64,000 nt of DNA from Candidatus Caldarchaeum sp. (GTDB lineage Archaea; Thermoproteota; Nitrososphaeria_A; Caldarchaeales; Caldarchaeaceae). The stretch is taken from contig JAWACZ010000003.1 in assembly GCA_038896555.1 (NCBI GenBank), forward strand, positions 4,249-68,248, written 5' to 3'. The position numbers and the translations under genes are program-made. The notes below the pieces were generated by a model, which was given only the letters and a program-made list of their open reading frames with translations, had not been told where the DNA came from and ran no database searches. Position 1 is the first letter of the stretch, and each line of letters starts with the position of its first letter. Positions 35,925-45,190 of this stretch are shown here, one piece after another.

Positions 35925-37230
35925 TGTTTTGAACGGCTGAGGCCAGCTGCGAGGGCATTTCCAAAACGACGGGGTCGACGCTTCTGAGGATGTGGCTCGC
36001 TGAGGCCATCGAGAAAAGAGGGTCGGCACCAGCCCCGATGAACCAGGCAACCAAGGCTTGGGCGTATCCAAAATGCGTCTGCTTCAAAGGCCTCCCCATC
36101 CAGTTCAAGTAGGTCTTCAAACCGTTCGAAATAGAATCCACTTCCCCCACAACATAGACAGGGGCAGCAAGCTTCCTGCAGAGCTCCTCAACGTCTCTCA
36201 CGAGGGTTCGGTAGATTGTCTTCAGGCTTTCTGCAACAGTTTTTTCGCTCCAGAGGACGTAGACAGGGTTTACCCCTGCCGTGGCCAGATGTGAGACCAC
36301 TACTGGCTGGCTCCGAGGCAAAAAAGGCCTTACCGCCGTAGCGTTGACGTCGGCCGACAACAACACAGCCCTCGAGGATGCAACCGCATATCTTAGCTCG
36401 GGGTTTTCAACGAGCATGTTAAGGTCGCAGAAGGCTGTGAACCCCTTCAAAGACGTCAGAAAGTCTCTGACCTTCTGGTCTGGCCCTGCGTCGCCGAATA
36501 TGTAGGCGAGCCTCCCAGAGCCGAGCTTATCACGGCCGGTTCTGCGGACAAGAAGCTTGAGCTGGCCAGGTCCGGCAAGTATTTCAGCCTCATCGGGGAT
36601 GCCTATCTTTTCAACGATGGTTTTTCCCGTTTGCTTTAAATGAACTGGCTTAAGCTTGTGGAGGGCGACGGTTATGTCGGCTTGAAAGTAAAGTTCTCCA
36701 GCACCCGTGTCAGGGTCAACCCCGGTAGGTATGTCAACAGCTAGCTTGAAGGCTTTAGAGCTGTTGGCCAGCTCGACCGCTGTCCTGTAAACCCCTGACA
36801 ACCCACCTCTCGCCCCAGTCCCTAGAACCGCGTCCACAATAGCCTCGGCTTCGTCGAACAACTGTGCATGCTGCATGAGCTTCTCTATGGTTTCGACCGG
36901 TTCTAAAACGGTTGTGAGCCTCATGTTCTTTACCGCTTCATAGTTTATCCGAGCTTCTTCAGTCCTTATTTTAGACGGCTCAGCCAGCAGCAGCACCGTG
37001 ACCTCAGCCCCCATGCAGGACATGTGGCGGGCTGCAGCTAGCCCGTCCCCGCCGTTGTTCCCAGGCCCGCATAAAACCAAGATTTTCCGACCCTCGAGTT
37101 TTCCCAACACCTCTTCCAAGCGGGTTGCCACAGCTTTTCCCGCGTTCTCCATCAACACAAGCCTCCTAATACCCATCCACTCCGCGTTAGCGTCCAGAAC
37201 CATCATCTCCTCAGAAGTAACAGTTTGCAA
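35905..37230 (-). CDS. NAD(P)H-hydrate epimerase (YjeF_N) fused to a divergent, probably inactive YjeF_C-like domain
   Basis: The N-terminal half has LCGPGNNGGDGLAAARH and DAVLGTG. In the C-terminal ~220 aa the GxGD nucleotide motif position reads GYAQALVAW. Confidence 0.75.
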   Translation of the reverse strand: MQTVTSEEMMVLDANAEWMGIRRLVLMENAGKAVATRLEEVLGKLEGRKILVLCGPGNNGGDGLAAARHMSCMGAEVTVLLLAEPSKIRTEEARINYEAVKNMRLTTVLEPVETIEKLMQHAQLFDEAEAIVDAVLGTGARGGLSGVYRTAVELANSSKAFKLAVDIPTGVDPDTGAGELYFQADITVALHKLKPVHLKQTGKTIVEKIGIPDEAEILAGPGQLKLLVRRTGRDKLGSGRLAYIFGDAGPDQKVRDFLTSLKGFTAFCDLNMLVENPELRYAVASSRAVLLSADVNATAVRPFLPRSQPVVVSHLATAGVNPVYVLWSEKTVAESLKTIYRTLVRDVEELCRKLAAPVYVVGEVDSISNGLKTYLNWMGRPLKQTHFGYAQALVAWFIGAGADPLFSMASASHILRSVDPVVLEMPSQLASAVQNIIEQQA

Positions 37231-37456
37231 AGCCCAGCAAACTCTGAGGATTTTTTATATAAACATTACAGAAAAAAATCTGCCAGACAATACCCTGATA
37301 TATTAGGTAAAGAGTTCAGGAGAGAGTTGTGGATTGGTGATACCATCTGCTGCAAAAACAGTTTCATCTACAAGAAACTGACTATGTTTGCTTAACATTC
37401 TACGGCTTGTTAAAACCACGGCAATCCCGTAACGCCGGGACAGCCATGGGACTGCG

Positions 37457-38338
37457 CTAAGGCTCGCCTCCAACTACGTTGGCCAAAACACCTATTTTCT
37501 CTATCTCCACCTCCACCAAGTCCCCCACGTTAAGCAGCTTGGGAGCTGGCTTGTAGAAAACTCCCACACCCGACGGAGTTCCAGTAGCTATAACGTCACC
37601 GGGATCTAGGGTCATCACACTGCTGATAAACTCGACAAGCTGATATACGCCGAAAACCATGTTCCGCGTGTTGGAGCTCTGCCTTATCTCGCCGTTGACC
37701 CTCGACATGATTTTGAGGCTGTGGGGGTCTCCAACCTCGTCTTGAGTAACCACCCAAGGCCCGATGGGTGCAAAAGTGTCGAATGACTTGCCGCGAACCC
37801 ATTGACCGTCCTTAAACTGGATGTCACGCGCGGAGACATCGTTGAAACACGTGTAACCAAGAATAAACTCATGGGCCTGCGAACGAGAAACGTTCCTGCA
37901 TTTTCTTCCTATCACTACCGCCAGCTCAGCCTCGTAATCCAGCTGTCTCGTAATCTTCGGGTAGATGATCGGGTTGCCCGGACCTGTTATGGCCGTATAC
38001 GGCTTCATGAAAATCACAGGTTCATCAGGTGGTTTGACACCCTGCTCCTCGGCATGGTCTCTGTAGTTAAGACCCACGCAGATTATCTTGGGACGATTAT
38101 CCAGCGGGGCTAGGAGGCTGACTTCAGAAATAGTGGCCTCAGGCGGATGCTTACTCACAACATCTTCTAACCGTCTTTTGTAAACGGTGTTCATGACACA
38201 TTCTTCGGCGAAGCCTGCCACCGTGGCAGGAAGATTTTCGCCAAAAACCCCGCTAAGGTAAGAGCGGCTATACACACCTTCGTTCGCTATTATGGCATAT
38301 GCCTCTCGCCCGCCGAATCTTATTCTAGCTATTTTCAT
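37457..38338 (-). CDS. Fumarylacetoacetate hydrolase (FAH) family protein
   Basis: GLNYRDHAEE, DYEAELAVVIG, GDVIATGTPSGVG. Confidence 0.9.
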   Translation of the reverse strand: MKIARIRFGGREAYAIIANEGVYSRSYLSGVFGENLPATVAGFAEECVMNTVYKRRLEDVVSKHPPEATISEVSLLAPLDNRPKIICVGLNYRDHAEEQGVKPPDEPVIFMKPYTAITGPGNPIIYPKITRQLDYEAELAVVIGRKCRNVSRSQAHEFILGYTCFNDVSARDIQFKDGQWVRGKSFDTFAPIGPWVVTQDEVGDPHSLKIMSRVNGEIRQSSNTRNMVFGVYQLVEFISSVMTLDPGDVIATGTPSGVGVFYKPAPKLLNVGDLVEVEIEKIGVLANVVGGEP

Positions 38339-38611
38339 GGTTCAGCCATCGAGCGGAAAAGCTAAAAATTTTACGCAGCATAGTCAACCTCCAAAGCCTG
38401 GACGTAAGAATCAAAAATTGTCGCCCAGCCGATTTAAGGACGCCGGCTAAAACAACGTGTCGAAGTATGACTGGATAGATACGGGCTGAACACTATCTTC
38501 CACTTGTGCATCAAGCCGTTCTTCAACCTTCCTTGACGCACTCACGATGGTAAGGCCTATGCTTGAAGATGGTTCCGACAATGGGGGAAAATGTAGACGG
38601 TGTTGAGGTTA

Positions 38612-38686
38612 TGGGCCCGGTGGGATTCGAACCCACGGCCACCAGGTTATGAGCCTGGCGCTCTAACCTGGCTGAGCTACGGGCCC
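38612..38686 (-). tRNA. tRNA with CAT anticodon (elongator Met or Ile2/agmatidine type)
   Basis: Hand-folded 75 nt: GGGCCCG-TA-GCTC-AGCCAGGTTA-GAGC-G-CCAGG-CTCATAA-CCTGG-TGGCC-GTGGG-TTCGAAT-CCCAC-CGGGCCC-A. All stems are Watson-Crick. No encoded CCA. G1-C72, so not an initiator. Confidence 0.88.
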
Positions 38687-38788
38687 CGCGGTCTATTGTT
38701 TGTGAAGGATGTTTTTATGGGTTTGCGTCAGATGTGTTTCGCTGGTTTATCGTTAAATTGTGGACTTTTTTTAAACATATGAGTCAAG

Positions 38789-39214
38789 TTGGTTAGGCAG
38801 GTTGATTATGCACCGAAACCCATCGACCCAGATTTCCTCAAGAAACCCGATGAATATCCCTTGACTGGCACTCACAACGGACATGAGGTGAGGGCTGAGG
38901 GGGTCACGAGGCCTGACGCAAACGGAAACCCTTACCCCACCAAGCTCGGCATTCACGGAAAGATTGTGGCGGTGGACTGGGAGGCTTGCATCGCCGACGG
39001 CATATGCATGGATGTTTGCCCCGTCAACGTCTTCGAATGGGCGTTGAACCCTGGAAGGTCCGGTACGGGCAACGACCTATACCCCTTGGAGGGCGAGCTC
39101 TACGAAAAATACAGGACAGACAAGTCCGAGCCCATCAGGGAGGCTGACTGCATCTTCTGCATGGCCTGCGAGGCTTCCTGCCCTACAAAGGCTATAAAGA
39201 TAAACCCGCCGTAA
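38789..39214 (+). CDS. Zinc-containing 7Fe-type ferredoxin (Sulfolobus Zfx-like)
   Basis: N-terminal extension with THNGH...GIHG (candidate Zn ligands). Cluster motifs CIADGICMDVCP and CIFCMACEASCP. C-terminus AIKINPP. TTG start is uncertain. Confidence 0.85.
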   Translation: MVRQVDYAPKPIDPDFLKKPDEYPLTGTHNGHEVRAEGVTRPDANGNPYPTKLGIHGKIVAVDWEACIADGICMDVCPVNVFEWALNPGRSGTGNDLYPLEGELYEKYRTDKSEPIREADCIFCMACEASCPTKAIKINPP

Positions 39215-39248
39215 AACTTTAACACACCCACATCGCTCACTATATTTT

Positions 39249-39929
39249 ATGAGGTTTTCTATCGCTGGCGAGGTTTCAGCCTTTTTCAAAGGTCTCGGGG
39301 TTAGGCTGGTCCTCGTCCAAGAAGTGTCCGTCGGAGCTGGTGCAGAGGGTCTGGAAGAATTTATTTCCGAAGCCGTTTCAAACGTTAGAAAAACCCTTAA
39401 GCTCGATGAGTTGACGCGACACCAGCTTGTCAGAGTTTATAGAGACTTTTTCTGGAGGATGGGGGTTGACCCCACCAAGACAAGGCCCTCGGCTGAAGCT
39501 TTGCTGAGACGTGTTCTGCTGGGGAGGGAATTCCCGAGAGTGAACACGCTCGTAGACGTCTACAACGTTGTTTCGATGAAAAACGTTGTTCCGATAGCCG
39601 CTTTCGACGCCGACAGGCTTGCGGGAGACTTGGCCATGCGCTTCGCCCATACAGGGGAAAGCTTCGAGGGCATAGGTATGGAAAAGCCTCTAAGACTTTC
39701 GGGAAAGGAGGTGGTCGTCGAGGATGGTCAGAAGCTGGTTGCGGTTTATCCCTACAGGGATGCTGAAAGCTCTAAGGTGACCGAGATGAGCAGGAACGTT
39801 TTGCTGATGGTCTGCGGCGTCCCTGGCGTGGAGATGGAATACCTCAAAGCTTGTTCAGACGAGCTGGTTAACGCGGTTTTAAGCTACTGCGGAGGAAGGC
39901 TTGCTTGGGAGAGCTCAGCTACCGCATGA
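39249..39929 (+). CDS. Stand-alone B3/B4 (PheRS-beta-like) tRNA-binding domain protein
   Basis: The pattern ..YRDFFWRMGVDPTKTRPSAEALLRRVL...LPRVNTLVDVYNVVS...PIAAFDADRL.. is typical of COG3382-type B3/4 domains. Confidence 0.75.
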   Translation: MRFSIAGEVSAFFKGLGVRLVLVQEVSVGAGAEGLEEFISEAVSNVRKTLKLDELTRHQLVRVYRDFFWRMGVDPTKTRPSAEALLRRVLLGREFPRVNTLVDVYNVVSMKNVVPIAAFDADRLAGDLAMRFAHTGESFEGIGMEKPLRLSGKEVVVEDGQKLVAVYPYRDAESSKVTEMSRNVLLMVCGVPGVEMEYLKACSDELVNAVLSYCGGRLAWESSATA

Positions 39930-40139
39930 AACCATGCCGTGATAGGAGATGTTACAGCCGAGCTTTAAGCGGAAGCCTTAGTCGGAGATGTTGAAAAGCT
40001 TTGCAGCGGCTGCGGTGAGAGCGGATATAATGCAGAGATTTTTAAACCTTTTTTCAGGCGACATCTTGAATGTCCAGCTGCTGGACAAACGCGGCGTCGC
40101 CTTCATGCATCTTCTGAAGCGTTCGACGCCAGCTTTACG

Positions 40140-40245
40140 CGCCGGGGGTGGGATTTGAACCCACGCGGCCAAAGGCCACCGGCTTTCCTGACCAGCTTCC
40201 ATTCGATCTCGAGGCCGGCCCACTGCCTGGCTGTGGGACCCCGGC
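40140..40245 (-). tRNA. tRNA-Ser (CGA) with a ~23-nt intron in the anticodon loop
   Basis: Hand fold: GCCGGGG-TC-CCAC-AGCCAGGCA-GTGG-G-CCGGC-CTCGAG[ATCGAATGGAAGCTGGTCAGGAA]A-GCCGG. Long variable arm T-GGCC-TTT-GGCC-GC, T arm GTGGG-TTCAAAT-CCCAC, then CCCCGGC-G (G73). The intron is about 40185-40207, with boundaries ambiguous by 1-2 nt. Confidence 0.8.
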
Positions 40246-40281
40246 TCCAGGTAAAATCCTATCCTGTTTGTATTAAACATG

Positions 40282-41226
40282 TCAGACGTATTCCGCTTTG
40301 TCGACGGCGTTCAAAGGTTTTTCTCCTCTAAAGTATCTGATTATGTTTTCAACCGCCATGCTGGTCATTTGTTTTAGAACTTCAGGCGAGCCGAAGGCTC
40401 CAGCTATCCATGGAGTGCCTATGAAGTTGGGGTGTTTGACGAGCTCGTTTTCCCAAGGCCCTTCGCGGACAACATTCCACCAAACATCGGTTGCCACAGC
40501 GGCTTCAGGGTTTTCCCGCATGTACGCCAGAAGCCCCTCCCTGTCAATCAGCTCCGCCCTTCCAACGTTGACCAGGATACAGCTCTTCTTGAGGATGCGA
40601 AGCCTTTCCAAGCTTATTAAGCCTCTGGTGTGCTTCGTCAACGGAGCTGCGAGGACTATAACGTCACTATCCTTCAAAACTTCATCCAGCCCGTCAGGCG
40701 GGACAACTTTATCGACGGCCATCGGGGAGGAGCCCGACCGTGTAACCCCGTAAACACGCATTCCAAAAGCCTTACCTATCTCAGCCACTCTCCTGCCGAT
40801 GGAGCCCATGCCCACTATGCAGAGCGTTTTGCCTTTAAGCTGGAGGACCGTCGTATCTCGTTTGAAGTCTCCAGACCTAACCTTCGGAAGATAATGGTGG
40901 AGCTTTTTGGCCAAGGTGAGGACCAAGCTCCACGCATGCTCCGCCACAGCGTCTGCGTTAGAGCCCATGTTACCGCATACAACAACGTTCTGTGGAATAT
41001 CCTGCCATGGAAGGCCGTCGACCCCGGCCGACAAAACCTGGATGAACCTGAGGTTCTTAAGCATCTGTACATCCTCTTTTTTCAACGCGATGCAGAGAAC
41101 AGCCTCGGCTTTTTGCTTCGCCTCTTCAAACCCTGCAGACGAGGGCGTATAGACTTCCGCGTAGCTCTTCAGCCTGGCCAGGTTCATCTCATCAAGCTCA
41201 ACATATGAGAGGAATGTTCTACTCAT
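40282..41226 (-). CDS. D-isomer-specific 2-hydroxyacid dehydrogenase (glyoxylate/hydroxypyruvate reductase or PGDH-like)
   Basis: NAD motif CIVGMGSIGRRVA, plus VNVGRAELID and the catalytic-region pattern (..TPWIAG..). Confidence 0.9.
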   Translation of the reverse strand: MSRTFLSYVELDEMNLARLKSYAEVYTPSSAGFEEAKQKAEAVLCIALKKEDVQMLKNLRFIQVLSAGVDGLPWQDIPQNVVVCGNMGSNADAVAEHAWSLVLTLAKKLHHYLPKVRSGDFKRDTTVLQLKGKTLCIVGMGSIGRRVAEIGKAFGMRVYGVTRSGSSPMAVDKVVPPDGLDEVLKDSDVIVLAAPLTKHTRGLISLERLRILKKSCILVNVGRAELIDREGLLAYMRENPEAAVATDVWWNVVREGPWENELVKHPNFIGTPWIAGAFGSPEVLKQMTSMAVENIIRYFRGEKPLNAVDKAEYV

Positions 41227-41228
41227 CT

Positions 41229-41810
41229 TCAGCCGCTGAAAGTGTCTTCCGGCTCCGGATAATAAACCTCAGCCACAAGCTTCCTCGAACAGTACATGCA
41301 GTAAACAAGTGTTTTGGCGCATTCCATATGGTATAGGGCTCCGCAGCTGCATTCGAGAACCATGTCTGCCTCGGCCTCAGGCTGGGATGCTAAAACTGGT
41401 TTTATCTGCTTGCCGCAGTAGCTGCAAAGCCTTGAAAGCGCCAGCACGTCTCTGACGGTGAAAATTCCGACAACTTTGTTGTCTTCTGTGACAACAACTC
41501 TTCGAACCTTTTTCCTGTTCATCAAATCGACCGCTTCTAAAATTGAAGCGTCTACGGGGATTGTTATGAGAGGGGAGCTCATAACGTCTTTAACCATTGT
41601 CCTAGACGGGTCCAAGTTTTTGGACACAACCCTCACCACTATGTCCTTCTCGGTCACCAATCCCGCGGGAACTCCGTTGATTGTGACCACGACCCCGCTT
41701 ATCTGCTTCTCACTCATAAGCCTGGCTGTTTCAAGCACTGATGCATGTCCGTCGATCGTTATTATCTGTGTCTTCACTATGTCCCTGACCTTCGCCCCAG
41801 GCCACAACAT
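41229..41810 (-). CDS. CBS-pair domain protein with C-terminal Cys-rich zinc module
   Basis: Two CBS repeats (ITIDGHASVLETARLM...GVVV and ITIPVDASILEAVDLM...RVVV), then CSYCG...CSCG...HMEC...CMYC. Confidence 0.85.
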   Translation of the reverse strand: MLWPGAKVRDIVKTQIITIDGHASVLETARLMSEKQISGVVVTINGVPAGLVTEKDIVVRVVSKNLDPSRTMVKDVMSSPLITIPVDASILEAVDLMNRKKVRRVVVTEDNKVVGIFTVRDVLALSRLCSYCGKQIKPVLASQPEAEADMVLECSCGALYHMECAKTLVYCMYCSRKLVAEVYYPEPEDTFSG

Positions 41811-41911
41811 GCAATCGCTGTCTAGCTTGCTAAAAAGCGTTATAGGATAGGCTTGTTGCCGGAGGCTGGTTGTCGGAAACGTTGAAATATGTGGGACAAG
41901 GGTTTAACGTG

Positions 41912-42562
41912 ATGCGTCTCCTACAGATATCCGATGTGCACGGAAGCTTTGACGCTGTTTCTAGAACGGCTGAGAAGGCTAAAGGGTTTGACGCCATAAT
42001 TGTTGCAGGCGACATAACCCATTTCGGCAGCATACCGCAGGCAGAAACCCTTCTTGGAAAACTTGCTGAAACAGGTTTAGACGTGTTCTTTGTAGCAGGA
42101 AACTGTGACCATCCATCGCTTCTTTCGTGGACACCGCGCAACCCCCGCATCGTAAACCTTCACCTAAGGAAGATAAGGTTCGGCGGCTTTGAGCTTGTCG
42201 GGCTGGCTGGCGGAAACATCTCACCTTTCAACACATACATAGAGTTTAGCGAGGACCAGATCGCATCGATGCTCTCGACGTTAAATCCTTCTTCTCCGAA
42301 CTTTATACTGATTAGCCACACCCCGCCGTACGGAGCAGACGCAGACATAGGCCGTGGAACACATCTCGGAAGCACAGCCGTGAGAGAATATGTTGAGAAG
42401 CATAAGCCTCTGGCTGTTTGTTGTGGACACATCCATGAAGCACGTTCAATATCCATGATTGGGAGGACTAAGGTTGTCAACGCCGGCCCGTCCAGGGATG
42501 GTTTCTGCGCATCCCTCAAAGTTGCTGAAAACGATGTCGAGGTTGAGCTGCTACGCCTTTGA
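41912..42562 (+). CDS. Calcineurin-like metallophosphoesterase
   Basis: ISDVHG, AGDITHFG, GNCD, SHTPP and CGHIH motifs in order. ATG 41912 is preferred over the listed TTG 41870. Confidence 0.8.
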   Translation: MRLLQISDVHGSFDAVSRTAEKAKGFDAIIVAGDITHFGSIPQAETLLGKLAETGLDVFFVAGNCDHPSLLSWTPRNPRIVNLHLRKIRFGGFELVGLAGGNISPFNTYIEFSEDQIASMLSTLNPSSPNFILISHTPPYGADADIGRGTHLGSTAVREYVEKHKPLAVCCGHIHEARSISMIGRTKVVNAGPSRDGFCASLKVAENDVEVELLRL

Positions 42563-42598
42563 CAAAGTTTAATCAAAGCCGGAAGCCGTGTTTACGGT

Positions 42599-43393
42599 AT
42601 GACAGCCGCTAGGTACAGGGTTGAAGTGATAAACGTTGGAAACGAGCTTTTGGACGGAAGAACATTGAACACAAACCTAAACTGGGTTTGCGGAAGGCTG
42701 AGCCAGCTGGGATACGTTGTGGCGAGGGCGACAATAGTCAGGGATGATTTGAAGCATATCGCGAAAGCTTTGAAAGAATCTTTGAGGAGAAAGCCCCGCT
42801 GGATTATAGTCAGCGGCGGCTTGGGCCCAACTCACGACGACAAAACCCTTCAAGCGGTTGCGAAAGCCTTGGGAAGACGGCTTGTTTTATACAAGGATGT
42901 TGTCGAAAACCTCAAGCGTAGGTATCAGGCTTTGGCTGAGAAAGGTTTGATAAAAGACCCGACTCTAACCAAAGAGAGGCTTAAGATGGCGAAGCTTCCC
43001 ATGGGTGCGAAGCCTTTGAACAACACCGTCGGCGCAGCCCCGGGGGTTATGATAGAAAAAAGAGGTATTAGGATAGTCTGCCTGCCTGGAGTGCCGAAGG
43101 AGCTAATGAGTATTTTCGACAACGAGCTTGCCCCCGTTCTTGAGAAGGAGTCTAGGGGGAGAGGATATGTTGTGGAAAGCCTGACCGTCAGGGATGTGGT
43201 TGAGTCCAGGCTCGCACCCCTTCTTGTCGAAACCATGAAGAGGTTTCCGATGGTCTATCTCAAGAGCAACCCCAAAGGTGTTGAGGACGGGTCTATCGTC
43301 GTCGTGGACTTCATAGCTGAGAAGAAACATAGGAATATGCTTGAGCAATCCATCCAATACTTTCAAGAAAGGCTGAAAACCTTGACATCCTAA
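42599..43393 (+). CDS. CinA-like / MoCF-biosynthesis (molybdopterin-binding) domain protein
   Basis: VEVINVGNELLDGRTLNTN...IVSGGLGPTHDDKT...LPGVPKE, typical of the CinA N-terminal domain. Confidence 0.8.
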   Translation: MTAARYRVEVINVGNELLDGRTLNTNLNWVCGRLSQLGYVVARATIVRDDLKHIAKALKESLRRKPRWIIVSGGLGPTHDDKTLQAVAKALGRRLVLYKDVVENLKRRYQALAEKGLIKDPTLTKERLKMAKLPMGAKPLNNTVGAAPGVMIEKRGIRIVCLPGVPKELMSIFDNELAPVLEKESRGRGYVVESLTVRDVVESRLAPLLVETMKRFPMVYLKSNPKGVEDGSIVVVDFIAEKKHRNMLEQSIQYFQERLKTLTS

Positions 43394-43416
43394 CGTTTAT
43401 GCGTGGTTGAGACAGC

Positions 43417-44427
43417 ATGGAAGATGTCTATCAACAGGCTTGGCACACCGTGTTAAGCTCTCCAAAAATGTATGTGGAAGGTTTTAGGAAAGGCGTTGAG
43501 GCATTATCATTCCTCGGTTTAAAGCCTTTCAAGAAGCTGTTGCTGCTCGGCGTAGGAGGCTCGGGAATAGTGGGCGACATCGTCGCAGCCCTCAAGGAAC
43601 CGTCCTCCGACCTGTTTGTCCACACTCTCAAAGACTTTAGAACCCCTCGTTGGGTAGGCTCTGACACTTTAGCTGTTGCTGTCAGCTACTCGGGAAACAC
43701 AGCGGAGACTGTCCTCGCCTCCCTGGATGCTTTGTCCAAGGGAACGCAGGTCGTTGGAGTTTCTTCGGGGGGGCGTTTAACTGAAGTTTTCACGTCTAAA
43801 GAAGTTCCGGTTGTCAAGGTTTCACAGGGTCTTCAGCCGAGATATGCTGTCCCAGAAATGGTTGGAGCTGTATACGGCATCCTCTCAGACACCGAAGGTT
43901 TTCCGGCGAGTTCTTTCGAGAAAGCAGCCAAAGAGCTATCGGATTATCTAAAAGGTTTCAGCGGGTGGGAGGACGGAGACATACTGTCTACGGCAGAATC
44001 ATACCTCGGAAGAGTTGTCGTCTGCATCTCCCACAGCCACCTCGCCGCTGCAGCCAAAAGGCTGAAAGCCCAGCTCAACGAAAACGCCAAGCATCAAGCC
44101 TACACTGTCCTCCTCCCCGAAGCCTGCCACAACGAAGTTGAGGGATGGAGTGAGGCGGGGAACTTTACTTTCGTACTTCAAAGAAGCGTTTTCGAACATC
44201 CCGTTTATTCCGACGTGTTTGAGTGGATGAAGGATTTTATCATCTCTCGGGGAGGTGTGTGCAAGGAGGTTGTTATTCAGTCAACTGCGTATAGGGATGA
44301 GCTTTTGAAGCACATCTCCTACGCCGACCTAGTCAGCATAGCTCTTGCAAGAATTAAGCAGGTAAACCCGTTTGAGCTTCACACGATACCTCTGCTGCGG
44401 CCTAGGCTAAGGAGACACCTGCCCTGA
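43417..44427 (+). CDS. Bifunctional phosphoglucose/phosphomannose isomerase (SIS domains)
   Basis: LLLGVGGSGIVGD and VSYSGNTAET SIS motifs. Size and layout resemble crenarchaeal PGI/PMI. Confidence 0.8.
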   Translation: MEDVYQQAWHTVLSSPKMYVEGFRKGVEALSFLGLKPFKKLLLLGVGGSGIVGDIVAALKEPSSDLFVHTLKDFRTPRWVGSDTLAVAVSYSGNTAETVLASLDALSKGTQVVGVSSGGRLTEVFTSKEVPVVKVSQGLQPRYAVPEMVGAVYGILSDTEGFPASSFEKAAKELSDYLKGFSGWEDGDILSTAESYLGRVVVCISHSHLAAAAKRLKAQLNENAKHQAYTVLLPEACHNEVEGWSEAGNFTFVLQRSVFEHPVYSDVFEWMKDFIISRGGVCKEVVIQSTAYRDELLKHISYADLVSIALARIKQVNPFELHTIPLLRPRLRRHLP

Positions 44428-45190
44428 GCTCCGAGAGCAGCGGAATAGACCTTATCTTTTCCTCGGAAATGTAACGCCATAGAATGCCTCTGGGCTTTTC
44501 GTTGGCAGGGCATGTTATAACCTTGGTGTTTGTGAATATTTTGTCGATGGGGACGTCGAACGGCTCTGCCGGTATCCCCTCCACCAGCTGGATGTCGTGA
44601 ATTGTTGTGACGACTGATGTGTCCTCATCCACTTTCCCGAAGGTTCGAAGTATGGCGTATTCGATTTCGGAATATCCCTCGCCTTTTCCAACCCTCCATC
44701 CAGAAGGCGAGACGGCGACGCTGCCCGTTACAACCAGGTCTATCTCCGGCAGGTCTTTGGGATGGGTGGGGACACCATACCGAAAAGCGCCTTCTATCGT
44801 CGACGCTCTGTCAAGCTCGCGGCATGTTATCTTCCTCGGGTCCAGCACGTAAAGGCCTTTGCTGATTCTCGGGGATGGAAACACCAACAGTTTTCCGTCT
44901 TGAAGAACCATTTTACGGACAGGCCTTTGAGGGGAGTCAGGGTTAACCTTGACTTTTTCAGCTTGGGCGTAGGTTTTTGACTTTCGGAGAAGGTTGGCCG
45001 CGTCTTCCGCTCCGTTGAAGTTGGGTATCCTGCCGTAAACCGGCTTTGGAAAAGCTGCGACCCCTCTCTTCTCCATCTCGCTCCAGATCTTGAGCCTGAT
45101 AGCCTGCTTGGCCGCTGCTGGGTCCAATCTGCTAATACGGTTTTTTGACCGCCTTGACAAGCTCTTCATAGCTCTGCTTGACTTCCTCAA
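44402..45190 (-). CDS. 5-formyltetrahydrofolate cyclo-ligase family protein
   Basis: KQAIRLKIWSEME..., GRIPNFNGAE, DLVVTGSVAVSPSGWRVGKGEGYSEIEY. The listed start overlaps the acs 3' end by 59 nt, so the true start may lie further downstream. Confidence 0.72.
   Translation of the reverse strand: MRKSSRAMKSLSRRSKNRISRLDPAAAKQAIRLKIWSEMEKRGVAAFPKPVYGRIPNFNGAEDAANLLRKSKTYAQAEKVKVNPDSPQRPVRKMVLQDGKLLVFPSPRISKGLYVLDPRKITCRELDRASTIEGAFRYGVPTHPKDLPEIDLVVTGSVAVSPSGWRVGKGEGYSEIEYAILRTFGKVDEDTSVVTTIHDIQLVEGIPAEPFDVPIDKIFTNTKVITCPANEKPRGILWRYISEEKIRSIPLLSELRAGVSLA

Noticed and set aside
38600-38782. 60-aa plus-strand ORF
   Set aside because: It reads through the complement of the CAT-anticodon tRNA (38612-38686) and is spurious.
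38612-40245. Integrated element between the two tRNA genes
   Set aside because: The interval holds only a ferredoxin and a B3/4-domain gene. I found no integrase and no duplicated tRNA 3' half (att-like repeat).
39978-40280. 100-aa ORF on the minus strand
   Set aside because: It is fully explained by the intron-containing tRNA-Ser gene (40140-40245) and its flanks.
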